A DNA stretch of 32,000 nt from Candidatus Saccharimonadota bacterium (GCA_027925325.1 AP027133.1:450001-482000), one strand, 5' to 3'; shown: positions 1-11,736, numbered from the stretch's first letter. Numbers and translations are program-made. Notes: a model not told the origin generated them from the letters alone.

Positions 1-1309
1 TAGCACTTCCTCCCGCTGAATCTCCTTCGACAATGAATAATTCACGCTCGAGCGGATTTTTTGATTGGGCTAATACTAATTTTCCTGCAAATGATTTCTT
101 TGCTTTTATATTTAATTCTCGTGTTACTTGTCGAGCTTTTTTTGCTGCTTCTCGCGCTTTTTTTGCCGCATATGCATACTTAATAATCTCTAATGCTTCT
201 TTTTTATTTTGATATAAATAATCCTTAATTACTTGATATAAGTTTTTTTCAAAAAAATTACGAATCACCGGAGAAGCTAATTTTGTTTTTGTTTGCCCTT
301 CAAATTGAACAATTGATTCAACCAAATAAACAGAAATAATACAATAAATCCCTTCACGAACATCTTGTCCGTCTAAATTTTTACCATTCTGTTGTAATTT
401 TTGCTCTAATGCATATTCATTAATTGCACGAGTAAGAGCAATTTTAAAACCAGCTTCGTGTGATCCACCATCTAAAGTTGGAATATTATTTGCAAAAGAA
501 ATAATATTTTCATAAATTGATTTTGTATAACAAAAGGCAATATTAGCTTTCACTCTTTTATCTGTATTTAATTTAAAATTTGCAATACTTGTAAATTTTA
601 TTTCACCTTTTGTTAATTCTTCAAGATAAGAAGTAAGACCTCTAGGAAAATGAAAGACAAATTGATCCTCATTTTTTTGATCATAATATTCAATTATAAG
701 ATTTGGATTTAAATAAGCAACTTCTTTAATTCGCTCAATTATCTCATGAGAATTAAAATTTATCGTTGAAAAAATATTTTTATCAGCCTTGAATTCAATC
801 TGTGTTCCGGTTTGATTTGTATTTCCTAATATTTTTAATTTACTTATGCTTTTTCCGCCGTTTTTAAAATCAATTTGATATTCTTTATGATCTTTTCAAA
901 CATTAACAATTAAATATTCAGAGAGCGCATTTACAACCGAAGCCCCAACCCCATGTAAGCCCCCAGAAATTAAATAACCAGAATTTTTACCACCAAATTT
1001 CCCACCAGCATGAAGGATAGTAAAAATCGTTTCAATTGTTGTTTTATTTGTTTTTGGATGGATATCAATCGGAATTCCTCTTCCGTTATCTCTAATGATG
1101 ATAGAATTTTTTTTTGTAAGTGTTATTTTAATTTTATTGGCAAACCCAGCAAGATATTCATCGACAGAATTATCAAATATTTCTTTAAATAAGTGATGTA
1201 ATCCTTTTGCACTAGTATCACCTATATACATTCCCGGACGTTTCCGTACAGCCTCTAAATTTTCAATTACTTCAATTGAATTTGCATTATAATCCTTTAT
1301 TTTTTTCAT
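1..1309 (-). CDS. parE: DNA topoisomerase IV subunit B (ParE), N-terminal ~435 codons; the 3' end of the gene lies outside the window
   Basis: Track fragment 896..1309 starts [30 protein letters not shown]...LHAGGKF...[16 protein letters not shown] (GHKL ATPase of type IIA topoisomerase B subunits). It continues through an in-frame TGA to base 1, ending ...FEGQTKTKL...[29 protein letters not shown]. The GKLxxAQSKN context before EGDSAGGS is the ParE-type rather than the GyrB-type (GKLADC) signature. Confidence 0.75.
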
Positions 1310-1320
1310 ATAAACTCAAA

Positions 1321-1812
1321 CTAAATAAATTTCGCTACTTTATTATTATAAAAAGATTTATTAATTAATATTAATAAATAATTAAAATTTCTTACTCTTT
1401 TTTTTAAAAGAGAATCTTTTAAATCAAGATAAAATGATAATAATTGACTTTGATCATCTAAAGTAAATTTTTGCGCATTTTTGCAAGTAAAATAAATTTG
1501 TAAAAAAGAATTAAGATTATTAATATAATCATAGTCCTTATAATAATATTTGAATAATTTTGCAATAAAATTAACTTTATTTGCGGTATCGATCATCAAA
1601 ATTTCTTTTGAAATTAAATCTGCAAAATTTTCTTTTGTACTACTTTTTGTTTCAAGTGCAAAAAGATAATATTCGAAAAAATATTTAGAAAATTTTTCTT
1701 TATAAATAAAATTAATAACATTTGTAATAAAAGATTGTTGATAAAATTTATCATTTTTTTGTAATCATCTTTTAAAATGTTGATCTTTTTTGATCTTTTT
1801 TAGATTATCCAT
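1321..1812 (-). CDS. hypothetical protein (163 aa), no recognisable family
   Basis: Track ORF 1321..1599 extends upstream in frame through one TGA to an ATG at 1810..1812 (MDNLKKIKKDQHFKRWLQKNDKFY...). It is tightly packed between the UPF0154 gene and parE. Confidence 0.45.
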
Positions 1813-1814
1813 TT

Positions 1815-2054
1815 TTATTTTCGTTTTTTATAAGTTTGACGATTTTTCCCTTTTAAAGCATTCATCGTATTTCGAATCTGCGCTTCTGATGGTTTTCTTC
1901 CCATTGATTGAAACATTGCTCTTATTTGTTGTTCACTGATCGGTGGGTTTTTTTTAATCTGTCTTTCAATCAATTTTTTTGTAATATAAAATGTGAAAAA
2001 AATTGTAATTGGAAACAAACAGATAAAAATGATTCCTGTAATTTCCCAAGCCAT
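1815..2054 (-). CDS. UPF0154 (YneF-like) small membrane protein
   Basis: 79 aa with one N-terminal TM helix followed by KKNPPISEQQIRAMFQSMGRKPSEAQIRNTMNAL. This matches the KKNPPI..E..R.MM.QMGQKPS..KI...M core of the UPF0154 family. Confidence 0.7.
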   Translation of the reverse strand: MAWEITGIIFICLFPITIFFTFYITKKLIERQIKKNPPISEQQIRAMFQSMGRKPSEAQIRNTMNALKGKNRQTYKKRK

Positions 2055-2058
2055 AAAT

Positions 2059-2532
2059 TTATTTCTCCTTTGTTTTTTTACTTGATTTTTCTTTCTCTGT
2101 TTTTATTTGCTTTTTTAACTCTTCTTTTTCTTTTTTCAATTGAATCTTCAATTCTTTACGTTCTTTTTTTGATTTTTCTTTCTCTTGCTGTTTTAGTGAT
2201 TTTTTTTCAATTTCACTTTGTAAATTTTCGATATTTTTTTGATAATTAATCTGTTCTTTATGAATTGCTAAAAGTTCTTGTGCTGATTGTGCTTTTTGTT
2301 CTTTTTCCTTCAATTCATTTTGAAAATTAGTATTTTCAATAACAGCACCCCGTTGAATTTTTGGTTTATCTTTATCAAAAAATGACTTAAATTGTGCCTT
2401 AATATTTTTGGTCTTATTATTCAATTTGGGACCATAAATATGTCAACGAGCGAAGGCAATTATTAAAATTAAAAGAAATATAATTCCTAAAAAGAACATA
2501 TGCAACAACAGATATTGTAGTCACATTTCCAT
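2059..2532 (-). CDS. membrane-anchored Lys/Glu-rich coiled-coil protein (157 aa)
   Basis: Track ORF 2059..2424 extends in frame over two TGA codons to an ATG at 2530..2532 (MEMWLQYLLLHMFFLGIIFLLILIIAFARWHIYGPK...). This adds an N-terminal TM helix. The rest is low-complexity KEKE-type sequence. Confidence 0.5.
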
Positions 2533-2535
2533 GAA

Positions 2536-3552
2536 TTAATTATACATTTTTTCAACGCCTTTATAATATTTTGCGTTTTCTCCAAATTTTATAAATTTAA
2601 CAAGACTTTCTTTATTTTCTTTTCAATAAACCTTTGTATAATTAATAAAATTTTTATCAATTGAGCTAACTTTGATATTAGGGATATTTTGTTCAGGGTA
2701 ATAACGATAATAATGCTCTTTTAATAAAATTGAAGCGCAAAAATTATCAAAATTTTGATTAACTAATAAAGAAGAAGAAAATAATGAAGAAAATTGATTA
2801 TTTCGAAAATTATCAAAATTAATGATTTTTTTAATTTCAAATTCTAAATTTTCAATATAAGTTTGTCCAAAAGAAAGAACTTCAATATCTTCCAAATTAA
2901 GATTTAAATCAGCAAGCGCAAGAATAATTCCAACCATTGAGGGATTGTTAGCTCATAATCCTCCATCAGCAAAATAATCATTTGTAAACGAAGATTTAAT
3001 CGGTTCAAAATAAAAAGGAGCAGCACTTGAAGCATATATAGCATTTCTTACCAATTCTTTACGATGCTTTTGATTTACACTTTTAAAATTTTTTGAAGCA
3101 AACATAACTGGCTTCCCATTGCTTACATTTGAAGCACAAAAAACAAAATATTTTTTTACTTTTGCTTCAAAATCATCAAAATTTAAATCACCTAATTCTT
3201 CAATTAAGCTTTTTTTTAATTCTTCACCATCAAATTGTGGAAAAAAGGGTTTTCTTGTTTGTGATAATATATCAAGTCTTTTAGAAAAAATCCTATTAGG
3301 AATTTCTTCATATTCTCGACAATATTTTTCAAGATCTAATTTAAGCAAAATTAAAAGGGCAAGAATTGCTCCGGTTGAAGTTCCAACAATCATATCAAAA
3401 TAATCATAAAGATTAATTTTGTATTCATCCATCAATTTTTTTAAAGTATAAATTGTAAAATACCCTTTTACACCGCCTCCATCAATTGAAAGAATACGAA
3501 ATTTTTTTGCCGTTTGAATTGTTTTTTCAATTATTTCTTCTTTATTATTCAT
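2536..3552 (-). CDS. patatin-like phospholipase (338 aa)
   Basis: Fragments 2953..3582 and 2623..2937 join in frame across TGA (DGGLWANNP), and another TGA at 2623 extends the ORF to a TAA at 2536. All catalytic motifs are present: oxyanion hole DGGGVKG, nucleophile elbow GTSTG, and Asp motif DGG. The preferred start is the ATG at 3550..3552, preceded by AAAGGAG. A GTG at 3582 is an alternative. Confidence 0.85.
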
Positions 3553-5263
3553 TTGAAATATCTCCTTTTTTTGTTGGTGCACCCATCATCTCATCTGTTC
3601 CTTTAGATGATTTAGGAAATGCAATTACTTCCTTTATACTATCAATTTTTAACATTAAGGCGATTAAACGATCGATTCCAAGCGCAATTCCACCATGGTG
3701 TGGGACTCCATAAGTTTGAGCTTCTAAAAGAAAAGCAAAATCGTTTTCAATTTGTTGCTGATTTAAATCTAAAATCTGAAAAATCTTTGTTTGAATCTTA
3801 GGATCTATAATTCGCATCGCTCCACCGCCGATTTCAACACCATTTAAAACAATATCATAAGCTTCTGAATTTAATTTAAGTAGCTCTTTCTTTGATTTGA
3901 TATCTATCTTTAAAAATTTTTTCAATTGATTTTGTTTAAAAATAGTAAAAGGGTTATGCATTGAACCGATTTTTAAATCTTTTAATAAATAAAATAAAGG
4001 AAAATCTTCTATTCAAACAAAGGAAAATTGTTCTTTATTAATTAATTTATTTTCTTTTGCAATTAGCACTCTTAATTTTCCGGCGATTTCTTTTGCAATT
4101 AATGCTTTATTTTTAATAATTAGGATTGAAAATTGATCTTTTTTTAATATTAAATCTTGATTATTTTTAAGAAGTTTTAAAAAATCAACTTTGATAGCAT
4201 CTTGCAAATTTGTATCTAAAATTTTTTTATTTTTAAAATTAATAAAATAAAAATCTGTTTTTTGTTTTATTTTTAAAAGATAATCATTAATTTTGCTTTG
4301 ATTTAATAATTTAGGAGAAAAAACAGCAATTAAAGATTCTTGTTGATTTAAATTAAACTTTAATCTCTCTTTTAAAAAGTTAAAGTTATAAATTTTTCCT
4401 TGATATCTTAAATCAGGTTTATCGGTACCAAAATTATCAATCGCTTGTTTATATTTTAATGTCTGAAAAGGAATTTTTAGATCTAATTTTAAAAGATTAT
4501 TAAATAATTTAACTAATAATTTTTCAATAATTTTTTTTATCTCTTTTTTTGTTGTAAATGCTTTTTCTAAATCTAATTGTGTAAATTCAAGTTGGCGATC
4601 TTTTCGTAAATCTTCATCACGATAACATTTTGCAATCTGATAATATTTTTCGATTCCCCCATACATTAATAATTGTTTATAAATTTGCGGAGATTGAGCA
4701 AGCCCATATTGATAACCAGGATGATTTTTTGATAAAACTTTAAATTCACTTGCACCACCAAAAGTTAATTTAGTAATAGTTGGTGTTTCAATTTCTAAAA
4801 AACCAAGTCTATTAAAATAATTTCGAATAATCATATTAAAATCAGAACGAAATTTAATAATCTGATAAATATTTTCTCTTCTAAAATCTAGATAACGATA
4901 GCGCATTCTAAGCGGTTCTAATCCATCTGTTTGATCAGCGATAATAAATGGCAATTGATTTGCTTTTGAAATTATTTTTAAATTAGAAGCGATAATCTCA
5001 ATCACTCCTGTTGCTAATTTTTGATTAATGCTTTTACGTTTTTTTACAATTCCTTCTACTAAGATTACATCTTCTTTTGTAATTTTTTTTGCAATTTGAT
5101 AGATTTTTTCTTTATCACTGGTAATTACTATTTGGACAATTTTGCCTGAGTTTCGTAAATCAAAAAATATTAAATCACCTAACTTGCGAATTTTTGCAAC
5201 TCAACCAGTCAATTTAACTTTCTTTTCAATTGCTTTCTCATCAAGATTAAAATTATTATTCAT
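3545..5263 (-). CDS. aspS: aspartate--tRNA ligase (572 aa)
   Basis: Fragments 3545..3961, 4013..5005 and the N-terminal OB-fold part up to the ATG at 5261..5263 are in one frame, joined by TGA codons. Class II motifs are present: FRRE-like DFRREN, WIEDFPLF, HNPFT, GGGAMRI, YGVPHHGGIALGIDR. Confidence 0.95.
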
Positions 5264-5280
5264 AACAATTATTATATTTT

Positions 5281-5841
5281 TTAATTAAAAAATTTTACCA
5301 AATTATCAGCAAATTTGACTGCTGTACGAAAATCAAGTCCGGTAATAATATTACCATCGATTATCGTTGAACAATCTTGTTCTGCTTTACAATTTAAATT
5401 TTTAATTTTTGCACCATTTGCAATTAAAATACTTTGATATTTTTTATTCGGATAGCAAATTGCATATTTTCCTTTTAAATATCCTCTTTTTGCAAGTAAG
5501 GTTGGAGCAGCACAAATTGCGGCAATTTTTTTATTTTTGCTAATAAAATGAGCAAGAATTTTCGATGTATCCTCTGAATTATCAAGTCTTGTTACATTTC
5601 CATCGCCACCAGGAATCATTAAATAGTCATAATTATCCAGTTTTGGAATAATTGAATTTAAAGTTTCCTTTACAATAATATTTAATCCACATGCTGATGT
5701 AACATGATCTTTATCTTTTTGTAAAAGATAAGCGACATCAATATTAAATCCTCATCTTTGCAAAATATCAAAAGATGCGGTAAATTCCAAATCTTCATAA
5801 CCATCTGCAGCAATAATTAAAATATGATTATTTTTGCTCAT
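5281..5841 (-). CDS. DJ-1/PfpI (ThiJ) family protein (186 aa)
   Basis: Track ORF 5281..5619 extends across a TGA (ILQRWGF) to an ATG at 5839..5841 (MSKNNHILIIAADGYEDLEF...). The nucleophile-elbow Cys context AAICAAPTLL and IPGG are present. Confidence 0.8.
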
Positions 5842-6025
5842 TTTGATCCTCTTCATTTATATTTTTTTTAAGATATTTTTCTTCATCTAATTTAATTTGT
5901 TTTTTTTGATTTCGCTTAACAATAAAGGTAAACAAAAGATAAAAAAAGATGAAAATAATAAGAAAAACGGCTAGTGCAATTATTATATAAACTGCCGGAC
6001 TAGTAATTTGATAATCTTTTCTCAT
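5828..6025 (-). CDS. small single-pass membrane protein (65 aa)
   Basis: ORF with one hydrophobic helix (AVYIIIALAVFLIIFIFFYLLFTFIV) and a charged tail. Its start overlaps the stop of the upstream ORF and its stop overlaps the DJ-1 start by 14 nt. Confidence 0.4.
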   Translation of the reverse strand: MRKDYQITSPAVYIIIALAVFLIIFIFFYLLFTFIVKRNQKKQIKLDEEKYLKKNINEEDQNEQK

Positions 6026-6384
6026 TATTTATTTTTAGCATTTGCTTGTTGTTGATTTTCTTGATTTTGTTGTGATTTTTGAATTTGCTTTATTTCTTCT
6101 GGCGTTAATTTCATTGATGCATTCACTAAATTAGTATGAAATTTAATTACAGCATCTTCTGCCCGTTTCATTTCTTCATCACTTTCATCTTTAATTTTAA
6201 CTGAAAAAACACGATAATATGCTTCATCATAATTCATTAAGATTTTAACCTCAAATTTTTTAAGATCAGCCCGTATTTCTCTAATCTGATCATAATTAAA
6301 AATTTGTGCGGCGATCTCTACATCACCCTTTGCTAATAAAATTAAAGAATTTTTAGACATAAATATTCTTCTAAAATTTTCCAT
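6025..6384 (-). CDS. hypothetical protein (119 aa)
   Basis: Intact ORF whose start overlaps the hisS stop (TAATG arrangement). I recognise no family. Confidence 0.45.
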   Translation of the reverse strand: MENFRRIFMSKNSLILLAKGDVEIAAQIFNYDQIREIRADLKKFEVKILMNYDEAYYRVFSVKIKDESDEEMKRAEDAVIKFHTNLVNASMKLTPEEIKQIQKSQQNQENQQQANAKNK

Positions 6385-7637
6385 TATAACTTATCAATTG
6401 ATATTTCCTTTTCTGTTTTTGCTTTAATATCTTTCAATATAATTTTATTATTTTTTATTTCTTTTCCAATGATTATTACAAAATCAAAGTTACTTTTGAT
6501 TGCCTGTGTTAATTTTTTGCTAAATTTTTGTTGATTATCATTAAAATAAATATTTTTCCCTTTATTTCTTAAAAATTGCGCAATTTTATAAGCATCATCA
6601 TAATATTTATCACTTATAGGAATTATAGAATAAGAAAAACTTTGTAAGTAATTTTTTTCAATATAGGAATTAGCAGCGAGCATTAATCTTTCAACCCCTA
6701 ATGCAAAGCCAATTGCTTTTGCATTTTTTGATCGATCCAAATTATTAATTAAAAAATCATATCTTCCGCCACCAATTATTGTTGCTTGTGCTCCTAATGA
6801 TTTCTTATCAAGACCGACAAATTCAAAAACTAAATCATTATAATAATCAAGTCCACGAACTAAAAAAGGATTAATTTTATAATTTATATTTTGCATTTTT
6901 AAATGATTTTCAATTAACGCTAAATTTTTTTTCTCATTACTATTTAGATAATCAATTATTTTTGGTGCTTTTTTTAAAAGCAAAAGATCATTTTGATCTT
7001 TTGTATCCAAGATTCTTAAAACATTTTTTTGCAATCTAATCTGTGAATCTTTTGATAATTGATTATTTATTTTTAAAAGATATTTTTTTAAATCTTTAAG
7101 ATAATTTTGTCTTGTCTCTAAAGAACCGATTGAATTCAATTCTAAACAATAATCGCTAATTTCAAATTTTAAAAGAATCGCAATTGCTAAATCCAATATC
7201 TGATAATCGGCATATATTGAATCAGCATTGACATACTCAATCCCAAATTGTAGAAATTCTCGTTGACGACCCTTTTGCGGTCTTTCATAACGAAACATAC
7301 TTTCAAAATAAAAAAAACGTAAATCATTTTTATCGGTATCAAGTAATTTATTTTCTAAAATCAGACGCATCGTAGATGCCGTTCCTTCCGGTCTTAGAAC
7401 GATTGATCTATTTTTACGATCAAGAAAATGATACATCTCCTTATTTACAATATCAGTCGCTTCGCCGATTGTTTTTTTAAATAAATCTTGATATTCAAAA
7501 ACAGGAAATTTAATCGGTTTAAAAAAATAATTCATTGCAATTATTTGCAAATTTTTTTCAACAAATTTAAGTTTCAGCCCTTCTTTTAAATAATAATCTT
7601 TTGTTCCTTTGATTTTTTGATAAATAATTTTGTTCAT
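6384..7637 (-). CDS. hisS: histidine--tRNA ligase
   Basis: Uninterrupted ORF with class II HisRS motifs (KGTKDY, LRPEGTA, FRYERPQKGRQREF, GGGRYD, GFALGVERL). I prefer the ATG at 7635..7637 (MNKIIYQKIKGTKDY), just after the secDF stop. The track start at 7658 is possible. Confidence 0.93.
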   Translation of the reverse strand: MNKIIYQKIKGTKDYYLKEGLKLKFVEKNLQIIAMNYFFKPIKFPVFEYQDLFKKTIGEATDIVNKEMYHFLDRKNRSIVLRPEGTASTMRLILENKLLDTDKNDLRFFYFESMFRYERPQKGRQREFLQFGIEYVNADSIYADYQILDLAIAILLKFEISDYCLELNSIGSLETRQNYLKDLKKYLLKINNQLSKDSQIRLQKNVLRILDTKDQNDLLLLKKAPKIIDYLNSNEKKNLALIENHLKMQNINYKINPFLVRGLDYYNDLVFEFVGLDKKSLGAQATIIGGGRYDFLINNLDRSKNAKAIGFALGVERLMLAANSYIEKNYLQSFSYSIIPISDKYYDDAYKIAQFLRNKGKNIYFNDNQQKFSKKLTQAIKSNFDFVIIIGKEIKNNKIILKDIKAKTEKEISIDKL

Positions 7638-7638
7638 A

Positions 7639-10600
7639 TTAATCATTAATTCCTTCAATTATCTCCTCAATCACAACATCATCTTGTTTTGAGAGAATGT
7701 GATCACGATCTTTTCGTCTTTTTTTATTATTTTTAAATCTTTGGTCTAATCTAATAACAATAGTAGGAAAAACAAAAATAGTTGTAAAAACTTCAATAAT
7801 ACTAAAGATTAAAAGATAAATTAAAGTTATTAAAGCAATCTTACCGATAATAATAATTGCAAATAAAGAAATTAATAAATTTAAAATTATAAATTGAAAT
7901 AAAAATAAAATGAAATTATCCTTAAATTTAAATTCCTGATCCTTCGTTCTTTTTACTAAAAGTAATTTTGCAAACAAGCTGAAAAAAATCGAAATTAAAA
8001 GCGCAAAAACAATTACATTAGCAAAAGGTGTAAATAATAATAAGGTAAGCGTAAGAGTGAAAATAACTTCGATTAATAAAGTTGCCAAGATTGCTAAGGT
8101 AAGAGCAAAACGATATGTGATTGCGCCAAAAAATAAAATTGATAAGAAGATTAGTAAAATTGCAATAAAAACATCTAAACTTTGATAAGTTAGACTTGTG
8201 TCAGTAAGATCATTAACACTATAACCAACAATATTTGCTGAATTAAAATAAATTGATGGTGCGCTAACATTAGGATTAGTTGGATCTGCTATAAAGGCAT
8301 TGTTTTCATAGCTATCTTTATAATAGCTTTTTCAATTTTGATCTTCAATTGAAATCGATGAAGTTGGAATTAATTGATAATAGTAATCATAATCATAATA
8401 ATAAGGAGAATTTTGCAATTGTCCATAATAGGCATATTTTAAATTATATTTTTCATCTTTTGTATTATGTAATGTCTGTTGATAAAGGTCATTATTAATT
8501 GCGACAAACATTTCTGATGTAATTTTTGTATCTGAATAAACAGAGATTCCATACGTAAATTGATAATCATAATTTACAATCGTACTTACCTGATTTTCAT
8601 CTGGTTTATAGCTTTCTTGATAAATTAATTTATCATAGCGAATAATTTGATAGTGATCAATTTTTACATTATTAGTCTTTAAAGTTTCAATAATTTGATC
8701 GATATTATCATTTAATTCATCGATATGTCCGGCTTGATTCTGTGGATCTTCTAAACGAGCATTGCCATCAGTTGTTTGATTATCCAAACTATTATAACTT
8801 GCATATGTATCTTTTGTCGATGTCTGATATGTTTTAACAATATCGTATTGATAAAGTGAATCATTTAAAAAACCTTTATTTAAACCACTATTTGTTTGTG
8901 AATAATTTATCGCAAAAACCGCTCCAAATAAAACCGAACTAATTAATGTTAAGATAATAATAAATTTAAAATTATTGTTATTTTTTTTAACTTTTAATAA
9001 TTCTTGCTTTTTATTACTAAATAATTTTTTATCATTAAAACCAATAAAATAATTTCAAAATTGATCCTCTTTTGTAAAAACAAAATTTGTAAAATTTGTC
9101 GCTCAATCGATAAAAAAGAGCACTAGCGGTAAAATAAGATAATTAACTAGCAAAAAGAAAAGAATCGCAAAAACTAAAAAATAAATAAAAATTTGCGGAA
9201 ATATCGGTAAGAAAAATCCACCAATTAAAAATGAAACCAAAACTACAAAAAGTAACGGTAAGAAAGTAATTGAAAAATCCTTCATTATTTTTTGATATTT
9301 AGTCTTCGCATTCCACAATTTATTATCAATATCTTTATATTTTTTTAAAATGTAAAACGAGAATCAACTAGTAATAAGAACAATCAAGAACAATCCACTC
9401 AATAATGCAAATGAAATTGGAAGTGAAAATAAATAAATAAAATAGCTAAATAAAATTGCAAATAAAAGATTATTACCTGTTGCAATAAGTCCTAGTAAAC
9501 CAAATCAAAAAACAAAAAAGAATCCGACTAATAAAACAAAGGTAATAAATAATCAAAACATTCAACCTAAATCATTGATTGAATTTTGATTATAAACTAA
9601 ATTGTAATTACTTATACTTAGATCAAAATATTGCAAAGTATCGGAAAAATTAATTCTTCGAACGATGTTATTGGCCTTTGCAACACTAAAATCACCTGTA
9701 ATTGCAAAATAATCATTATATACGCTCGTATTATAATTTGATGGTTGGCCGATCGTAACAAAATAAGGTTCAGCGATTTTTTTAGTAATTTCTTGTGTTA
9801 AATTACCATCTTCATCAGTATGAGTATATGTATAAACATTCTCTTGTACTTGTTCCCCTGATGGATCATAATCAACAGGAATATAATCAAAAATACCATT
9901 ATCTGTCCCTTTTAATAAAATATTTTCTAATTGATCATAATCAAATCAAATCGTCCAATATGATGAATTGGGATCACTTGAAGTTGCTTGTGCCGCTTGA
10001 TCTTGATATCAAGTGATTGCATCACGAAAAATTGTCGCATCTTTTGGATAAATTTTAATATAAGGATTACCTTGATAATAATCAACTTCTGCTGTATCAA
10101 TTAAATTACCTTGATTTGTTGTGGCATCTAAATTAGAATATAAATCAGTTGATACATCATCAGTTGATGCGATTGGAGGAGCAACAAATTGATCGCCATT
10201 TGGAAATAATAATTCACCATTATAACTACGAAATTCTAAATAATCTTGATTTATCAAAGTTGCCTGTAAATAAATAACTTCTTGAAGTAACGCTTGTTGT
10301 GTCGGATCAGAAAAAGGTTTATTTAAAAGATCATCACCATAATTACCATTTTGAATTGAAATTATTGGCATATCAATCAAAATCGTATCATCATCAACAA
10401 CATAAACCTCACTATCATAATAATTTTCATTAATTGATAATTGTTGATTAAAATAGTCTGCTAATTGATTAATTTCATCATTTCGATCAATCTGTTGATC
10501 TTTTCACTCTACGCTAACCTCAAATTGGTAATAATTTTTAAAATTATTACCAATTTGATAATCATTAGGATTATTAAAATTAAGTAAACCAAAAATTGAA

Positions 10601-10716
10601 CCGAATAAAATTAAAATAAAAAAAAAGACGGAAAAAAATAATGTAATTATCTTTCCTCTTTCTTTTGTTTCTACTTTCAAATTTTTTCCTTGTGTTTGCT
10701 TTAACTTATTTTTCAC
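7639..10716 (-). CDS. secDF: fused SecD/SecF-like protein-export membrane protein (about 1025 aa)
   Basis: Five track fragments (7639..8088, 8332..8787, 9103..9318, 10009..10380, 10504..10716) share one frame. I translated all gaps and found only TGA codons, no TAA or TAG. The topology is TM1, large ectodomain, about 5 TM, TM, second ectodomain, about 5 TM, which is the SecDF pattern. SecD-like ITGDFSVAKANNIVRRIN precedes the first TM bundle, and SecF-like ITYRFALTLAILATLLIEVIF lies in the second. The start is uncertain: GTG at 10716, or TTG at 10680 preceded by AAGGA. Confidence 0.6.
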
Positions 10717-10782
10717 AATTATAAAGATAAAATCATCTAAAAAAGAGATTATAAATACTTATATTATAAATAAATTGTAAAT

Positions 10783-11736
10783 TTATTTAATTGCTTCCAA
10801 TGCCTTTTTAGTTGTTTCTTTTAAAATTGTTACAGATTTTTTAAATTGCATTAATTCTTCTCTTGCCAAAGGAAATTGATGAGTTTTTAATATTCCTTTT
10901 CTCCCGATTATTGAAGGGACTCCTGCATAAATGCCTCTCTCCCCATATTCTCCATTAAGTAAAGAACCTGTAGCAAATATCTTTTTCTCATCTCGTAAAA
11001 TTGCTTGCGAAATCTCTGCAAGAACAGCTCCTATTCCATAAAAAGTCGCACGTTTGCGATTGATGATTTCATAAGCTTTCATATAAACATTTTTATGAAT
11101 TTCTGCTCTTTTTTTAGCATCGATATTTTTCTTTAAATAAAAGTCTTTTAATGGAATCCCATTTAAAGTTGCATTTTCAATCGTTGATACAGATGAATCT
11201 CCATGTTCACCCAATACAAACATGTTTAAATCTTTTGCATTAACATCAAAGATTTTTGCAAATTCAATTTTTAATCTATTTGTATCTAATGTACAAGATG
11301 ATGAAATAACTTTTTTTGCATCAAATTTTGTCACAAATTGATAAACTGTCGTCATAACATCGACAGGATTTGAAGCAATTAATGTGATTCCATCAAAATT
11401 TGTTTTTTTGATCTCTAATGCGATGTTTTTCATAATTTTAGCATTATCAGCGACCATCTCTAAACGAGTTTCACCTGGTTTTTGTGGACGTCCTGCTGTA
11501 ATCACCAAAAGATCGGCATCATTTAATAATTCATAACCACCACTTTTAACCATGTAAGGATAAGCGGCAGATGGAGAAGCATCTTCAAAATCTAATTCTT
11601 GTCCTTTTGCTGCGTCTTTGTTAATATCAATAATTACATATTCTTCAGCAATTCCTTTTGACATTGCTCAATATAAAAAAGAAGTACCAACGGCTCCGGC
11701 ACCGACCAAGGCAATCTTATTTGTTGTTTTTTTCAT
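10783..11736 (-). CDS. ldh: L-lactate dehydrogenase (317 aa)
   Basis: Track ORF extends across a TGA (FLYWAMSKG) to an ATG at 11734..11736 (MKKTTNKIALVGAGAVGTS: Rossmann GxGxxG). It contains ITAGRPQKPGETRLE, where Gln rather than Arg is the LDH-type specificity residue, and GEHGDS. Confidence 0.9.

Noticed and set aside
1-1309. Calling the first gene gyrB.
   Set aside because: The N-terminal ATPase region is compatible with either paralog. However, the [11 protein letters not shown]...EGDSAGGS segment matches the ParE pattern of Gram-positive bacteria rather than GyrB (GKLADCSSK). I call it parE with moderate confidence.
2059-2330. Repetitive AAA/GAA-rich DNA that looks like a tandem repeat array.
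   Set aside because: It is the coding sequence of a Lys/Glu-rich low-complexity protein. It has no fixed repeat unit, no spacers, and is nothing like a CRISPR or satellite structure.
7639-10716. Many conserved genes (secDF, aspS, smc, ftsY, fpg, dnaI, permease, nadD and others) appear in the ORF track as strings of short fragments, which could suggest pseudogenes or genome decay.
   Set aside because: The fragments are always in the same frame. The interruptions are exclusively TGA, and the TGAs align with conserved Trp residues. This is genetic code 4, not pseudogenisation.
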